Assembly (NCBI GenBank): GCA_035559535.1
Contig: DATMBG010000027.1
Coordinates: forward strand, 1-46,188
Direction of reading: 5' to 3'
DNA from: Candidatus Limnocylindrales bacterium
Lineage (GTDB): Bacteria; Moduliflexota; Moduliflexia; Moduliflexales; JAUQPW01
Length of the DNA stretch: 46,188 nt
Below, in pieces: positions 36,800 to 45,859 of the stretch; positions within the stretch are counted from its first letter, which is position 1, and every line of letters begins with the position of its first letter. Below the pieces are notes generated by a model. That model saw only the letters and a list, made by a program, of their open reading frames with translations, did no database searches and had not been told where the DNA came from. A program made the translations under genes and the position numbers.

Positions 36800-39700
36800 A
36801 TGGATAACTCTTCAATCTTAACCGTAAGAATTCTTCAAAAGGCAATAGAATTTGAAAATCCGGACAATTCGGTTTTCAAAGACTTTTCTACGGACGTTGT
36901 CCCCCGGCTTTTTGCCGAACTGGCAGGCTGTACGGCTAAAGGTGGGACCTGGGTCGAACAGAAGCGCCAGGAGATGTTGGCCGCAGGAAAACCGATGAAG
37001 TCGGAACGCGCCCTTGGAGATCAATCTATTACCGCCCATCTTCTTAATGGATTATTTCCCGTTGCTACCCTTGTAAGAAAACTCCGTCAAATGGATACCA
37101 GCATAGCCCGTTACCTGGATGAGCGATCCTATCGATTGTTTATCGCAGGGTATGTATTACATGATTGGGAGAAGTTTCCAGGGGTTGAAGAGAGAATTAA
37201 AGAACGGTTTGGAGCTGGATTTAAACCGGATTTTCTTAGATACAGGGAATTTGTCGAACCTATTTTGAAAAGTTGGATAGCGAGGCTTGGACTTGATAAC
37301 TTTCTTAAGGCCGGAGGTTTAAACCCTGAAGATCAGATTGACACTCTGGCTTATCTGGCCCATAATACCCAGGAAAAATATGAAACCCATCACCCTACCA
37401 TAGGTTTCAAACTCACAATCTCAGATAAGGTTTGTGAGTTGACGGCGCGGCTGACCCGACTTGCCGATCTACTTTCTTCTGAAGTCAAACACCCGGCTGA
37501 TATTCTGACCGAAAATCTCTGTCATCTGATTTATCAATTGAGCAATGGACAATATCAATTTACCTTTCATACGATTTCAGAAAATCGAGGCGTTCTTACC
37601 AATATCCTGAACAATGCTCTCCTCGATCTCTACCGTTCGGCAGGTTATCAGCCACTGCTTTACTTCCCAAATGGTGTGGTTTATCTGACCCCTCCTCTTC
37701 CCCCTGCAAACGAAGGGGTGGAGAGGAGGTTGCCTCCCATCGATACAGCATCTATTCCAGAGAGGGTTATCGCGAAAATCCGTAAGTTATGTGCGCATCA
37801 AATCGAAAAGCGCCTGGTTGGACTGGACCGTGATGGCAAAGGGCTTAAGTTTGCCGATTATTACTGGCTTTTCTTTTCACCGGAGGAATTAGTGGTAAAA
37901 ATAGCTCTCCAGGGAGCTCTTCAGAAGATTGTTGGGAAATCGGCCTCTGCTCCTAAGCGTGCCGAAAAGCTTAGAGAGGTTCAATCTAAAGTCACGGAAC
38001 TCTCTCATATTTCCTTCGACTTCTCTGATGATCTTCGTATTGATCGGCTCGCCGAGTTTTGTGATCTCATAGAACGGAAAATCTGGGGTGAGTTTTGTCA
38101 AAAGCGATTTTCAGAGGGAAGTAAACGGCTGGATGTGGCTCGAGAACTACTTCAACTCCTGAATGTTAACGATCTGCAGGAGGTCTTTAATCTTCTCAAA
38201 ACAAAATCGGAAGCCACCCGTGCATCCGGTGGAGTTCCCCTTGGCTGGTATTACGTGGCTGCCGAATATTTGAAACGGAACCCCGGGTTTGGGCCGGATG
38301 ATTTTCCAGATTTATTGACTGATTTGGCTCAAACCATCGCCCAAAAAATCTCTTTGGCTCTGCAAGGAGTTAAAATCCAGGATGGTTGGAGAGATCTAAG
38401 GAATTACGTACTTACCACCATTGGTATTGGGACAGGGCAAGATGAGGACCAGGAGCGAGGGGAAAGATCTGGCCCTGAAGCTTTACAGGGTTTTCTGAAT
38501 GAGTTGAATCGATATAATGGGTTTAAACGTTCTCATGCTCGTATCCGACCCTGCTCACTTTGTAGTAGCCCCTTTGAAGCATCTCAACAGGAAGAAGCCG
38601 GAGTCCTTTTTCAACCCCAAGTCTATACCAACAAGCAGCCTCTTTATGGTTCTCAGGCCATACGAAATATTTGTCCTATTTGTTCTCTCGAGATGATGCT
38701 AAGACAAATCCTTATGAACCGTACGAAACAGAGTGGCAAAGACTTTGAGGAGAGAAAGTATCGGTATCTTTATCTTTACCCAACCTATTACTTCACAGCC
38801 GAAACTGTAACCTTTTTACGAAAGGCTTACACCAACTTCTATCGAACAAATTTCAGAACCGATATTCGGGATCATCTGATTCCCTCTTGGGAGACGGGGA
38901 AAGTGGATTTTTCCCTGGCCCGGTTCCAGAGCTTGGATACTTTTCTCATGAGTGAGGAATCGGTAGAAGAAAACAACCGGGTTTTCAAGCTGGATTATCC
39001 CAATGATGAACCTATTACCTTCTTTTTTGCTGCAATCCCTCCGGGGCGTGACGCAACAGATACCGAATCCTGGGTTATGCCGGCTTTTCTCACTTTACTT
39101 TTCCCGTTGCTGTTTGATGTCAAGGTTGTTGCTTCCGAATCTGCCGTACCCATTTATACTAGCGGTGCTGATTTTGAAGAGACGGTGATGTTCGATGCAC
39201 CCCATGATTTTGTGGCACATCTTTTAAGTCGTTGTGAACAGGGTAGAGAGGAAAAACACTTACGCCTCAGGTTGGATGAGATTCCTGCCGTATTATCCTG
39301 TTTCACGGCGGCTTATATCATTCATCTGGATGCCAACGCCCGGCAATCTCAAGGGGGTTACGATGCCAATTGGGGTCGGCTTGCCGAGTTGGCCCGTGAC
39401 CTGAGTGAAACTCCCTTATATGTTTTTCATTATTTAAACAACTGGATTCGTAAAGCCCAGCTCGAATCTCCACCACCTAACAAGATTCGACTCTATGGTG
39501 AGCTTTACAAATTTATTGATCCCAAGGAGGAGGCTATGAATCATCCTAGAAGACTAGTCGAACTTTATCGACGATTTTATCGTGCCAAGCGAGCTTCGGC
39601 CAAGGCCAATGCCATTCTCAAACCGATAGATGTAGCGGCAGACGTGTTACTCAAAGCCGATAAAGATTTATTTGGCGATGCAGTGGTGGATCTGGTCGCG

Positions 39701-40027
39701 GCCGCGGTGATGTCCCTGATGCAACGGGTCCATAGTGGACAGGCCGAAGGAAAACCGACCTTTAATCTGGTGGAGGGTAAGTGGAAGTTGGCCCTTACCC
39801 CAGAGGAAGAACGTCAAGCCGTTTGGGACTTTGCCGAATATTTTGTTAAGGAGATTTTTGAAAAGTCCCTTCGAGGGGACCGTGCGCGTCTTGTCGGGGT
39901 CCAATTAAACCTGTTTCGGGATACCTGCGAATTCATTTACCGCAAAATAGAAGACGAGGAGCGTCGTCAGCGTGGGGTTGAAATCCCAGAAGAAGTCGAA
40001 GAAGTTGAAGTATCGGCTTCCGTTTGA
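36800..40027 (+). CDS. cas10d: Type I-D Cas10d/Csc3 with N-terminal HD nuclease
   Basis: DQSITAHLLNG, LHDWEK, ENRGVLTN, YFPNGVVY, CSLC...CPIC, YLYLYPTYYFT, TDTESW. Confidence 0.95.
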   Translation: MDNSSILTVRILQKAIEFENPDNSVFKDFSTDVVPRLFAELAGCTAKGGTWVEQKRQEMLAAGKPMKSERALGDQSITAHLLNGLFPVATLVRKLRQMDTSIARYLDERSYRLFIAGYVLHDWEKFPGVEERIKERFGAGFKPDFLRYREFVEPILKSWIARLGLDNFLKAGGLNPEDQIDTLAYLAHNTQEKYETHHPTIGFKLTISDKVCELTARLTRLADLLSSEVKHPADILTENLCHLIYQLSNGQYQFTFHTISENRGVLTNILNNALLDLYRSAGYQPLLYFPNGVVYLTPPLPPANEGVERRLPPIDTASIPERVIAKIRKLCAHQIEKRLVGLDRDGKGLKFADYYWLFFSPEELVVKIALQGALQKIVGKSASAPKRAEKLREVQSKVTELSHISFDFSDDLRIDRLAEFCDLIERKIWGEFCQKRFSEGSKRLDVARELLQLLNVNDLQEVFNLLKTKSEATRASGGVPLGWYYVAAEYLKRNPGFGPDDFPDLLTDLAQTIAQKISLALQGVKIQDGWRDLRNYVLTTIGIGTGQDEDQERGERSGPEALQGFLNELNRYNGFKRSHARIRPCSLCSSPFEASQQEEAGVLFQPQVYTNKQPLYGSQAIRNICPICSLEMMLRQILMNRTKQSGKDFEERKYRYLYLYPTYYFTAETVTFLRKAYTNFYRTNFRTDIRDHLIPSWETGKVDFSLARFQSLDTFLMSEESVEENNRVFKLDYPNDEPITFFFAAIPPGRDATDTESWVMPAFLTLLFPLLFDVKVVASESAVPIYTSGADFEETVMFDAPHDFVAHLLSRCEQGREEKHLRLRLDEIPAVLSCFTAAYIIHLDANARQSQGGYDANWGRLAELARDLSETPLYVFHYLNNWIRKAQLESPPPNKIRLYGELYKFIDPKEEAMNHPRRLVELYRRFYRAKRASAKANAILKPIDVAADVLLKADKDLFGDAVVDLVAAAVMSLMQRVHSGQAEGKPTFNLVEGKWKLALTPEEERQAVWDFAEYFVKEIFEKSLRGDRARLVGVQLNLFRDTCEFIYRKIEDEERRQRGVEIPEEVEEVEVSASV
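39536..40027 (+). CDS. cas11d: Internally translated Cas11d small subunit, 163 aa
   Basis: AAGGAGGAGG (39524-39533) before in-frame ATG 39536 (MNHPRRLVELYRRFYR); internal Cas11d translation is established for I-D. Confidence 0.85.
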   Translation: MNHPRRLVELYRRFYRAKRASAKANAILKPIDVAADVLLKADKDLFGDAVVDLVAAAVMSLMQRVHSGQAEGKPTFNLVEGKWKLALTPEEERQAVWDFAEYFVKEIFEKSLRGDRARLVGVQLNLFRDTCEFIYRKIEDEERRQRGVEIPEEVEEVEVSASV

Positions 40028-40169
40028 AGCCGAAAAAAAGTGTCGGATCTTCCGAAGGGAGAGTCCTCCGGGTTTGATAAGTTTTATGGAGAAAGGTGAA
40101 ACAACCGATTCTCGACAGAGAGACGTAAGGGTTTGATTTAGGGAAATTTTCGATCAAGGAGGAAAAAAT

Positions 40170-41198
40170 ATGTTTCTAAAAAGTTTAGATGAAAGACTTT
40201 TCTTAGGGGCTATTCCATCGAAACCGAGTGGTAACTATGTGCATTTAGCCGTTCTCCGGGTTACGGAATCCCACAGTCTTTTCCAGACCGATGGAGCACT
40301 CAATACAGCCCGGGTACAGGCTGGGGTAGAAGATCGGGGTTTAATGACACGTATCCTTATGTTCAAACGGAAACAATCCACACCTGAAAGATTAACCGGA
40401 AGGGAACTGCTTCGAAAGTATGGCATTTACGATGCAATAGCCAGACAAAGGCTGGAAGCGGCCAAAGGGACGGGGCGAGAGAAGCTGGAGAACCAATTCC
40501 GAATGTACCATGCCTGTGATTACAATGTGAGTTTTTGCATGCGCTGTCCGGATTGCATTCTCTATGGTTTCGCTATTGGCGAAAGTGGTTCAGAGAAGTC
40601 TAAAGTTTTAGTAGATACAGCCTTCTCCATCACAGCCTATGAAGATTCCCATGAAGTACTGACCCTCAATGCCCCTTTTGAGGATGGCACCATGTCCCGT
40701 GCAGGAGAAACCACCTCGCGTATAAATACGCAAGACCATGTAAAGCCTGAGGTCTTCTTCCCAAGTATTGTGACCTTGAAAGATCCTACCGAAGCGGGAT
40801 TTCTTTATGTATTGAATAACATCCTTCGGACCAAACATTATGGAGCTCAAACAACCCGAACGGGCAAAATGCGGAATATGGTATTGGCTGTTGTACCGGC
40901 CGATGGAGAGATTACCAGCAACCTGCGTCTGACCCAAAGAACCTATGATTTGCTTAAGGATAAGTTGAGACCTCCTGATCCGCTTCTGGAAGAGGATGTC
41001 AAACAAGCCATGAAAAAGGCCTTGACGGAGTTGCTGCAGGGGGATGGAGTTCGTTATCAAATAATTCAGGGAGATCATCTCAAAAACGTTCTTGCAGAAG
41101 CGGATACTGTTCTATCTGAAGAAGTTATCGGCCGGTTTCTGGAGCAAGCCTTTCGAGAGTCCAAAGCTTATTTTGATACCTTTATTGGGGTAAAGTGA
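40170..41198 (+). CDS. csc2: Type I-D Cas7/Csc2
   Basis: FKRKQSTPERLTGRELLR, CPDCILYGFAIG, YGAQTTRTG. Confidence 0.95.
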   Translation: MFLKSLDERLFLGAIPSKPSGNYVHLAVLRVTESHSLFQTDGALNTARVQAGVEDRGLMTRILMFKRKQSTPERLTGRELLRKYGIYDAIARQRLEAAKGTGREKLENQFRMYHACDYNVSFCMRCPDCILYGFAIGESGSEKSKVLVDTAFSITAYEDSHEVLTLNAPFEDGTMSRAGETTSRINTQDHVKPEVFFPSIVTLKDPTEAGFLYVLNNILRTKHYGAQTTRTGKMRNMVLAVVPADGEITSNLRLTQRTYDLLKDKLRPPDPLLEEDVKQAMKKALTELLQGDGVRYQIIQGDHLKNVLAEADTVLSEEVIGRFLEQAFRESKAYFDTFIGVK

Positions 41199-41206
41199 GG
41201 GAGATT

Positions 41207-41905
41207 ATGCGAATACTGGAATGCGAATTAGAGTTTCACGATTTCGTATACTTTGCTACCAGGGAGGTTGGTCGGCTATATGAAACCGAGGCATTGATCC
41301 ATAATTATGCTTTATGTTATGCCCTAGGTCTTGTGGTAAGTCCCTATTTTGTACGGCAACAGATACCGCAATATCGAGAAGATCTAAGTGATCTCAATCA
41401 GCGAGGGATTTACGTAACTCCGGCCGTTTCTATTCGCCACTCCTTTTCCCTGCACACGTGGAAGTATGCCATTAACTGGTATCATGTGGATATGGAAAAG
41501 CTCAAACGAGACCTGTGGGGAAAAAATGTTCCTGGTTTTGGACGTGCCAAGGAACTGGCTCCCGAAAGTCTCTTTCGGTTTTTTATATTCGATCAAACGG
41601 ACCGTTATAAACCTCCTCCCTGGATTCGACTTGGGAAATGGTTAGCGAAAGCACATTTAGATTGGCATGAATGTCGGATTAAATCAGAAAGGAGTGGCTC
41701 TTATGTGGCTACTCATCCCCTCAATCCACTGGACGTTTTACCTATGAGTAGATTGAGGTTATGTGATTATATCAACATGCCTCCCATTAGCTTAATCAAC
41801 AATGCACATCTTGAGGGAAATTATCTTATTGTCGAAGGTCCGGGGGGATCTTTCTGCTTCCCTGCCGGTATGCAATTTAATTTTACAGGTGATCGGCAAT
41901 CTTAA
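41207..41905 (+). CDS. csc1: Type I-D Cas5/Csc1
   Basis: FATREVGRLYETE, HNYALCYALG, GRAKELAPES, WIRLGKW. Confidence 0.93.
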   Translation: MRILECELEFHDFVYFATREVGRLYETEALIHNYALCYALGLVVSPYFVRQQIPQYREDLSDLNQRGIYVTPAVSIRHSFSLHTWKYAINWYHVDMEKLKRDLWGKNVPGFGRAKELAPESLFRFFIFDQTDRYKPPPWIRLGKWLAKAHLDWHECRIKSERSGSYVATHPLNPLDVLPMSRLRLCDYINMPPISLINNAHLEGNYLIVEGPGGSFCFPAGMQFNFTGDRQS

Positions 41906-41941
41906 ACATTCAGGATTGAGAATTCAATAGGGAGCAAAGGT

Positions 41942-42871
41942 ATGCCTTATTCTATTGTCTTAAAAATTTTTCCGAAATCACAGTTTAATCTTCGTGAAGC
42001 TACCGGGGCCAGACTTCAAGGGATGTTCCTGGAGCTCATGCGGCAGGTTGATCCGGAGCTGGCCACCGAATTACACGACAGACCGGATTTGGACGAGCCG
42101 ACAGCTCTCAGGCATTATGCGGTATCGCCATTATTTATAGACAAGGGGGTTGAGAGGGCAAGGAACAGGACCGGTTCTAATCATAAGGTTCTGACCTCGG
42201 GAGGCACCCTATACTGGTTACACCTTGCAGCTTTGGATGACCGGGTTTATCCGGCTTTATTAAGTTATCTGCTGGGGCTCAGCGGAGTAAAGAAGGAAGG
42301 TGAGAGTCCTTTTCCTGTCTTGATTATTGATAAAACCCAATTTCAGATTGTCGAGGTATTGGCTTCTGGGTTTAGCCGACATCCATGGGCAGGATATAGC
42401 GAGGTGGAGGATCTTATTATCCGGGCTTCGGTGGATGAGCGGGTGATTACGTTTGAGTTTAAATCACCAACCGTATTTGAACGCCTGGACCGACAGATAC
42501 CTTTACCGGAGCCCCGTCTTGTTTGGAAGAGTTTGGCCGATCGTTGGAACGATGCTTTTGGAGCAACCTATCCTATTTCCCCTGAGTTTGTGGATGCCGT
42601 AGAGAATCATCTTGTTGTTGTTTGCTATCATATCCATACCCAACCTTTTCGACAGGATAGTGAAATCACGCTTACCGGATTTGTTGGACAGGTGACATTT
42701 CGTATTATTGGTCCTGTTTCGCCGGAGTTTATCAAGATCACCAATTTATTAGCTGATTTTGCCTTATTCAGTGGGATTGGTAAGAAGACGACTCGGGGGA
42801 TGGGAATGGCCAGGCGGATTTCAGACGGAGAATCTTCTAAGATCCTGGAGAGGAGTGGGAGAATTTTATGA
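41942..42871 (+). CDS. cas6: Cas6 crRNA-processing endoribonuclease
   Basis: ELHD, FKSPTVF, GFVG and G-loop FSGIGKKTTRGMG. Confidence 0.93.
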   Translation: MPYSIVLKIFPKSQFNLREATGARLQGMFLELMRQVDPELATELHDRPDLDEPTALRHYAVSPLFIDKGVERARNRTGSNHKVLTSGGTLYWLHLAALDDRVYPALLSYLLGLSGVKKEGESPFPVLIIDKTQFQIVEVLASGFSRHPWAGYSEVEDLIIRASVDERVITFEFKSPTVFERLDRQIPLPEPRLVWKSLADRWNDAFGATYPISPEFVDAVENHLVVVCYHIHTQPFRQDSEITLTGFVGQVTFRIIGPVSPEFIKITNLLADFALFSGIGKKTTRGMGMARRISDGESSKILERSGRIL

Positions 42872-43548
42872 AGACTGAGGAAGACCACATTTTAATTTCA
42901 GCCCTGAATCAATTTGATTATTGTCCCAGGCGTTGTTATCTCATTTATTGTGAGGGGCAATTTTTACAAAACGAACATACAGTTGAAGGTTCCATTCTTC
43001 ATGCTCGTACGGATATTCCGGTTGAAGTCCGGCGCGGGGACACCAGGCAATTTCGTTCTGTCTGGCTTTATTCAGAGAAATACCGGCTTCATGGGCGGGC
43101 GGATGTGATTGAGGAAAAGGACGGTAAAATCTATCCTGTAGAGATTAAAAAGGGTCGTCGGGGTGATTGGAAGAACGATCAACTACAGCTTTGTGCCCAA
43201 GCCCTATGTCTGGAGGAGATGTTAGATTGTGGAGAGATCGAGATAGGGTATATCTACTATGCCGCTACAGGGAGGCGGCAAGGAGTGAGGCTTGATACTC
43301 GAATTCGGCAGCAGACAATACAGACTATTGAGAAGGTCAGGCAATTGCTCTCGAAATGTGAGAAACCCCCCTCGATCTATAGTCCACGGTGTCGTGGCTG
43401 TTCTCTTTATCCCGTTTGTTTGCCTCGTGAGACGGCGAAACTTAGTACGGGCGCAAGGCCTTGTGCCCCTACGTTCAATAAAGGTCCCACCCCTCCTCTC
43501 CCTGCGTGCGGGGAGGGAAAGGGAGGGGCTATGAAGAAAACAGATTAG
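42868..43548 (+). CDS. cas4: Cas4 with a repeat-derived C-terminal tail
   Basis: YCPRR, GRADVIE, PVEIKKG, QLCAQALCLEE, CRGCSLYPVC. Confidence 0.93.
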   Translation: MKTEEDHILISALNQFDYCPRRCYLIYCEGQFLQNEHTVEGSILHARTDIPVEVRRGDTRQFRSVWLYSEKYRLHGRADVIEEKDGKIYPVEIKKGRRGDWKNDQLQLCAQALCLEEMLDCGEIEIGYIYYAATGRRQGVRLDTRIRQQTIQTIEKVRQLLSKCEKPPSIYSPRCRGCSLYPVCLPRETAKLSTGARPCAPTFNKGPTPPLPACGEGKGGAMKKTD

Positions 43549-43587
43549 CAGGAATAAACTTTCCGGTATTCGTGCAACCGGGGACGG

Positions 43588-43651
43588 GTACGGGTGACCG
43601 GCCGGTCACCCCTATCAAACGAGACGTTTAACTATCAAACGAGACGTTTAA
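43588..43651. repeat. REP-like palindrome followed by a perfect 20-bp tandem duplication
   Basis: GTACGGGTGACCGGCCGGTCACCCCTAT (43588-43615); CTATCAAACGAGACGTTTAA x2 (43612-43651); reverse complement resembles 6556-6606. Confidence 0.8.
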
Positions 43652-43678
43652 CCTACTAGATCTTATTTTTTGATTCTT

Positions 43679-44698
43679 ATGGCAACTTTATATATTACAA
43701 CGGAAGATTCTGTACTTCGCAAGGTAGATGAGCGTTTAAAGGTTACAAAGGAAAAGCAGACGCTCATTGATGTCCCAATGTTAAAGGTTTCTTCGGTGGT
43801 TTTACTGGGTCGTGTGGCAGTAACTGCTGCGACAGTGGAAGCCCTGTTGGAGCATGGGATTTCACTTTGTTATTTGAGTCGTGGGGGTCGGTATCGGGGT
43901 CACATTCAACCTCCCTTAAACAGGAATGTGATTTTACGTCGAGCCCAGTATCGAGCTGCTGATGACGAAGGAGTTATCAAACGCATTGCACGGGCGGTCG
44001 TAGCTGGTAAGCTAGCCAATATGCGGACGCTTTTAGTTCGCAGTCGTCGTTCGGAGGAAGACGAGTCAAGCAGTCGTTTTATAGCATTGGATAATGCCAT
44101 AGAACGCATCAAACAAGCAGAGGAGGCCTTACCCTATGCACAGACGTTGGACGAGATACGTGGGCATGAGGGGGAAGCCAGTGCAGCTTATTTTAGTGTA
44201 TTTGGAGTCCTAATTAAAGCGGAGGGGTTTCAATTTGAAAAGAGGATCAAGCATCCTCCCCGGGATCCTGTGAATGCTATGCTTTCATTTGGTTATACCC
44301 TGCTCACGTACGATCTTATTGCAGCAATTAACATTGTTGGTTTGGATCCTTACGTGGGGTTTCTCCATGCTGACCGTCATGGCAAACCCAGTTTAGCATT
44401 GGATTTGATGGAGGAGTTTCGTCCGATCGTAGTGGATTCGGTGGTATTAACGTTGATAAACAAGCGGATGATAGGACCTGCTGAATTCGAGCAGCAGCTA
44501 GGGGGAGTAATTTTGATGGAAGAAGGGGCACGGAAGACCTTTTTAAAGCAGTATGAGGAACGCAAAATGACCGAGTTTCGGCATCCAGTTTTCGGTTATA
44601 AAGTAAGTTATCTTCGGGCATTTGAGTTACAGGCTCGGATTTTAGCCAAGGTTTTAACTGGAGAGTTACAGGAATATGTTCCCTTACTGGTGAAATAG
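43679..44698 (+). CDS. cas1: Cas1 integrase
   Basis: MATLYIT, RGHEG, PPRDPVNAMLSFGY, GLDPYVGFLH, LALDLMEEFR. Confidence 0.96.
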   Translation: MATLYITTEDSVLRKVDERLKVTKEKQTLIDVPMLKVSSVVLLGRVAVTAATVEALLEHGISLCYLSRGGRYRGHIQPPLNRNVILRRAQYRAADDEGVIKRIARAVVAGKLANMRTLLVRSRRSEEDESSSRFIALDNAIERIKQAEEALPYAQTLDEIRGHEGEASAAYFSVFGVLIKAEGFQFEKRIKHPPRDPVNAMLSFGYTLLTYDLIAAINIVGLDPYVGFLHADRHGKPSLALDLMEEFRPIVVDSVVLTLINKRMIGPAEFEQQLGGVILMEEGARKTFLKQYEERKMTEFRHPVFGYKVSYLRAFELQARILAKVLTGELQEYVPLLVK

Positions 44699-44700
44699 GA

Positions 44701-44976
44701 ATGTTTATTATTGTTTCCTACGATGTTAGAGAAAACAAGCGACGTACTCAGATTCATAAAGTTTTGAAGTCTTATGGGGAGTGGGTCCAATACAGTGTGT
44801 TTGAATGTCAGTTGGAAAAAAAGGATTATTTACGGTTACGGGACCGATTAGACAGGCTGATTGATAAGGAGAAAGGCGATAACATACGCTTTTATTTTTT
44901 ATGTGACCGATGTACCGGCCAGGTAGAACGTATTGGAGGTCGGATGCCATTGGAGGATGGAGCAGTTTTTGTTTAA
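44701..44976 (+). CDS. cas2: Cas2
   Basis: IVSYDV, YGEWVQYSVFEC, DNIRFYFLC. Confidence 0.96.
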   Translation: MFIIVSYDVRENKRRTQIHKVLKSYGEWVQYSVFECQLEKKDYLRLRDRLDRLIDKEKGDNIRFYFLCDRCTGQVERIGGRMPLEDGAVFV

Positions 44977-45124
44977 GGGACAGCTCCGAAGAATGAGTGA
45001 GGAAGTACAACAGTAACGGGAGATTCGGACGAGATTAGAAAAAATTCTTCGCATCCCGGTGAAGCTTGAATGAACAAAGAGGAGCGGGAAGAACGAGGTC
45101 AACGTCCGAGGGCTGCTGCAGACC

Positions 45125-45845
45125 GTAGGGGCGCAAGGCCTTGCGCCCGTACATGGAGATAGCCTGAATAATTTTCTGAGTTTCTTAGATAACCATTATT
45201 TGCAGGAATTGAGGCGGAAGATGATCAACGTAGGGGCGCAAGGCCTTGCGCCCGTAAGTTAGATAGGTATAGGCTGCTAGGCAAGTACGTGATGATCGGG
45301 GTGGATGGGACGCGCACCGTGAGTTTTAGACAGCACCACTGCTTAGAGTGCTTAACTCAGAAGTTGACCTAAGGACGGAGTACGGGCGGGAGGCCTCCCG
45401 CCCCTACTTCTACGGTGCTGGAAGCTAAGATCCTCTATTCCAATGGGATGTCGATAGGGACGGAGTTTATAGGGGAGCCCCCCTTTCCCCTATATCCCCC
45501 CCCTTCAAGCCCAGAACAACTTTTACCTATTGATGCAGATCGGACGCCTGATTAACCAGTTGGTGGAGAAGGGGAGTTTAGTGAGGGAGGTGTTTAAGGG
45601 GAATATCCTGAGCCTGAAGACCTTTATTGAACGTAGGGGCGCAAGGCCTTGCACCCGTACTTGGTTTCGCAGGTGAAGAGTGCTTGGATGTCCTGGGAGA
45701 GGTGGAGTCGGCAAGATGCGAGCAGGTTCCAAATCCGGTTAGATACGTACGAGCGGGGGGCCCCCCGCTCGTACACCCAGGGATCCCCCTCAGTTGAGAA
45801 AGTGGAAATGAGGTTGAATAGGGGTGGGAGGCCTCCCGCCCGTAC
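45125..45845. repeat. Dense cluster of six 28-bp REP-like palindromes
   Basis: 45125-45152, 45230-45257, 45380-45407, 45633-45660, 45747-45774 (perfect palindrome) and 45818-45845. Confidence 0.85.
45512..45747 (+). pseudogene. C-terminal remnant of a DDE-type transposase, interrupted by a REP
   Basis: NNFYLLMQIGRLINQLVEKGSL...ER [REP 45633-45660] LVSQV...RFQIRLDT resembles the FYLLLQIAH..QL.EKGSL...FQIRLD tail of a transposase family (recalled, not searched). Confidence 0.55.
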
Positions 45846-45859
45846 TTGCTGTAATAGTC

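Noticed and set aside
43612-43651. 20-bp tandem repeat before cas1 as a mini-array
   Set aside because: No spacer between copies; it is a duplicated flank of the REP element also seen, inverted, at 6556-6578
2017-45102. Numerous 60-185 aa ORFs nested in or antisense to the long genes
   Set aside because: Shadow frames of well-supported CDSs, with no independent motifs
45125-45845. Repeats after cas2 as a CRISPR array
   Set aside because: Spacing is irregular (about 40-225 nt), cores vary, orientations are mixed, and the same palindromes occur elsewhere in the window, so they are REP-like
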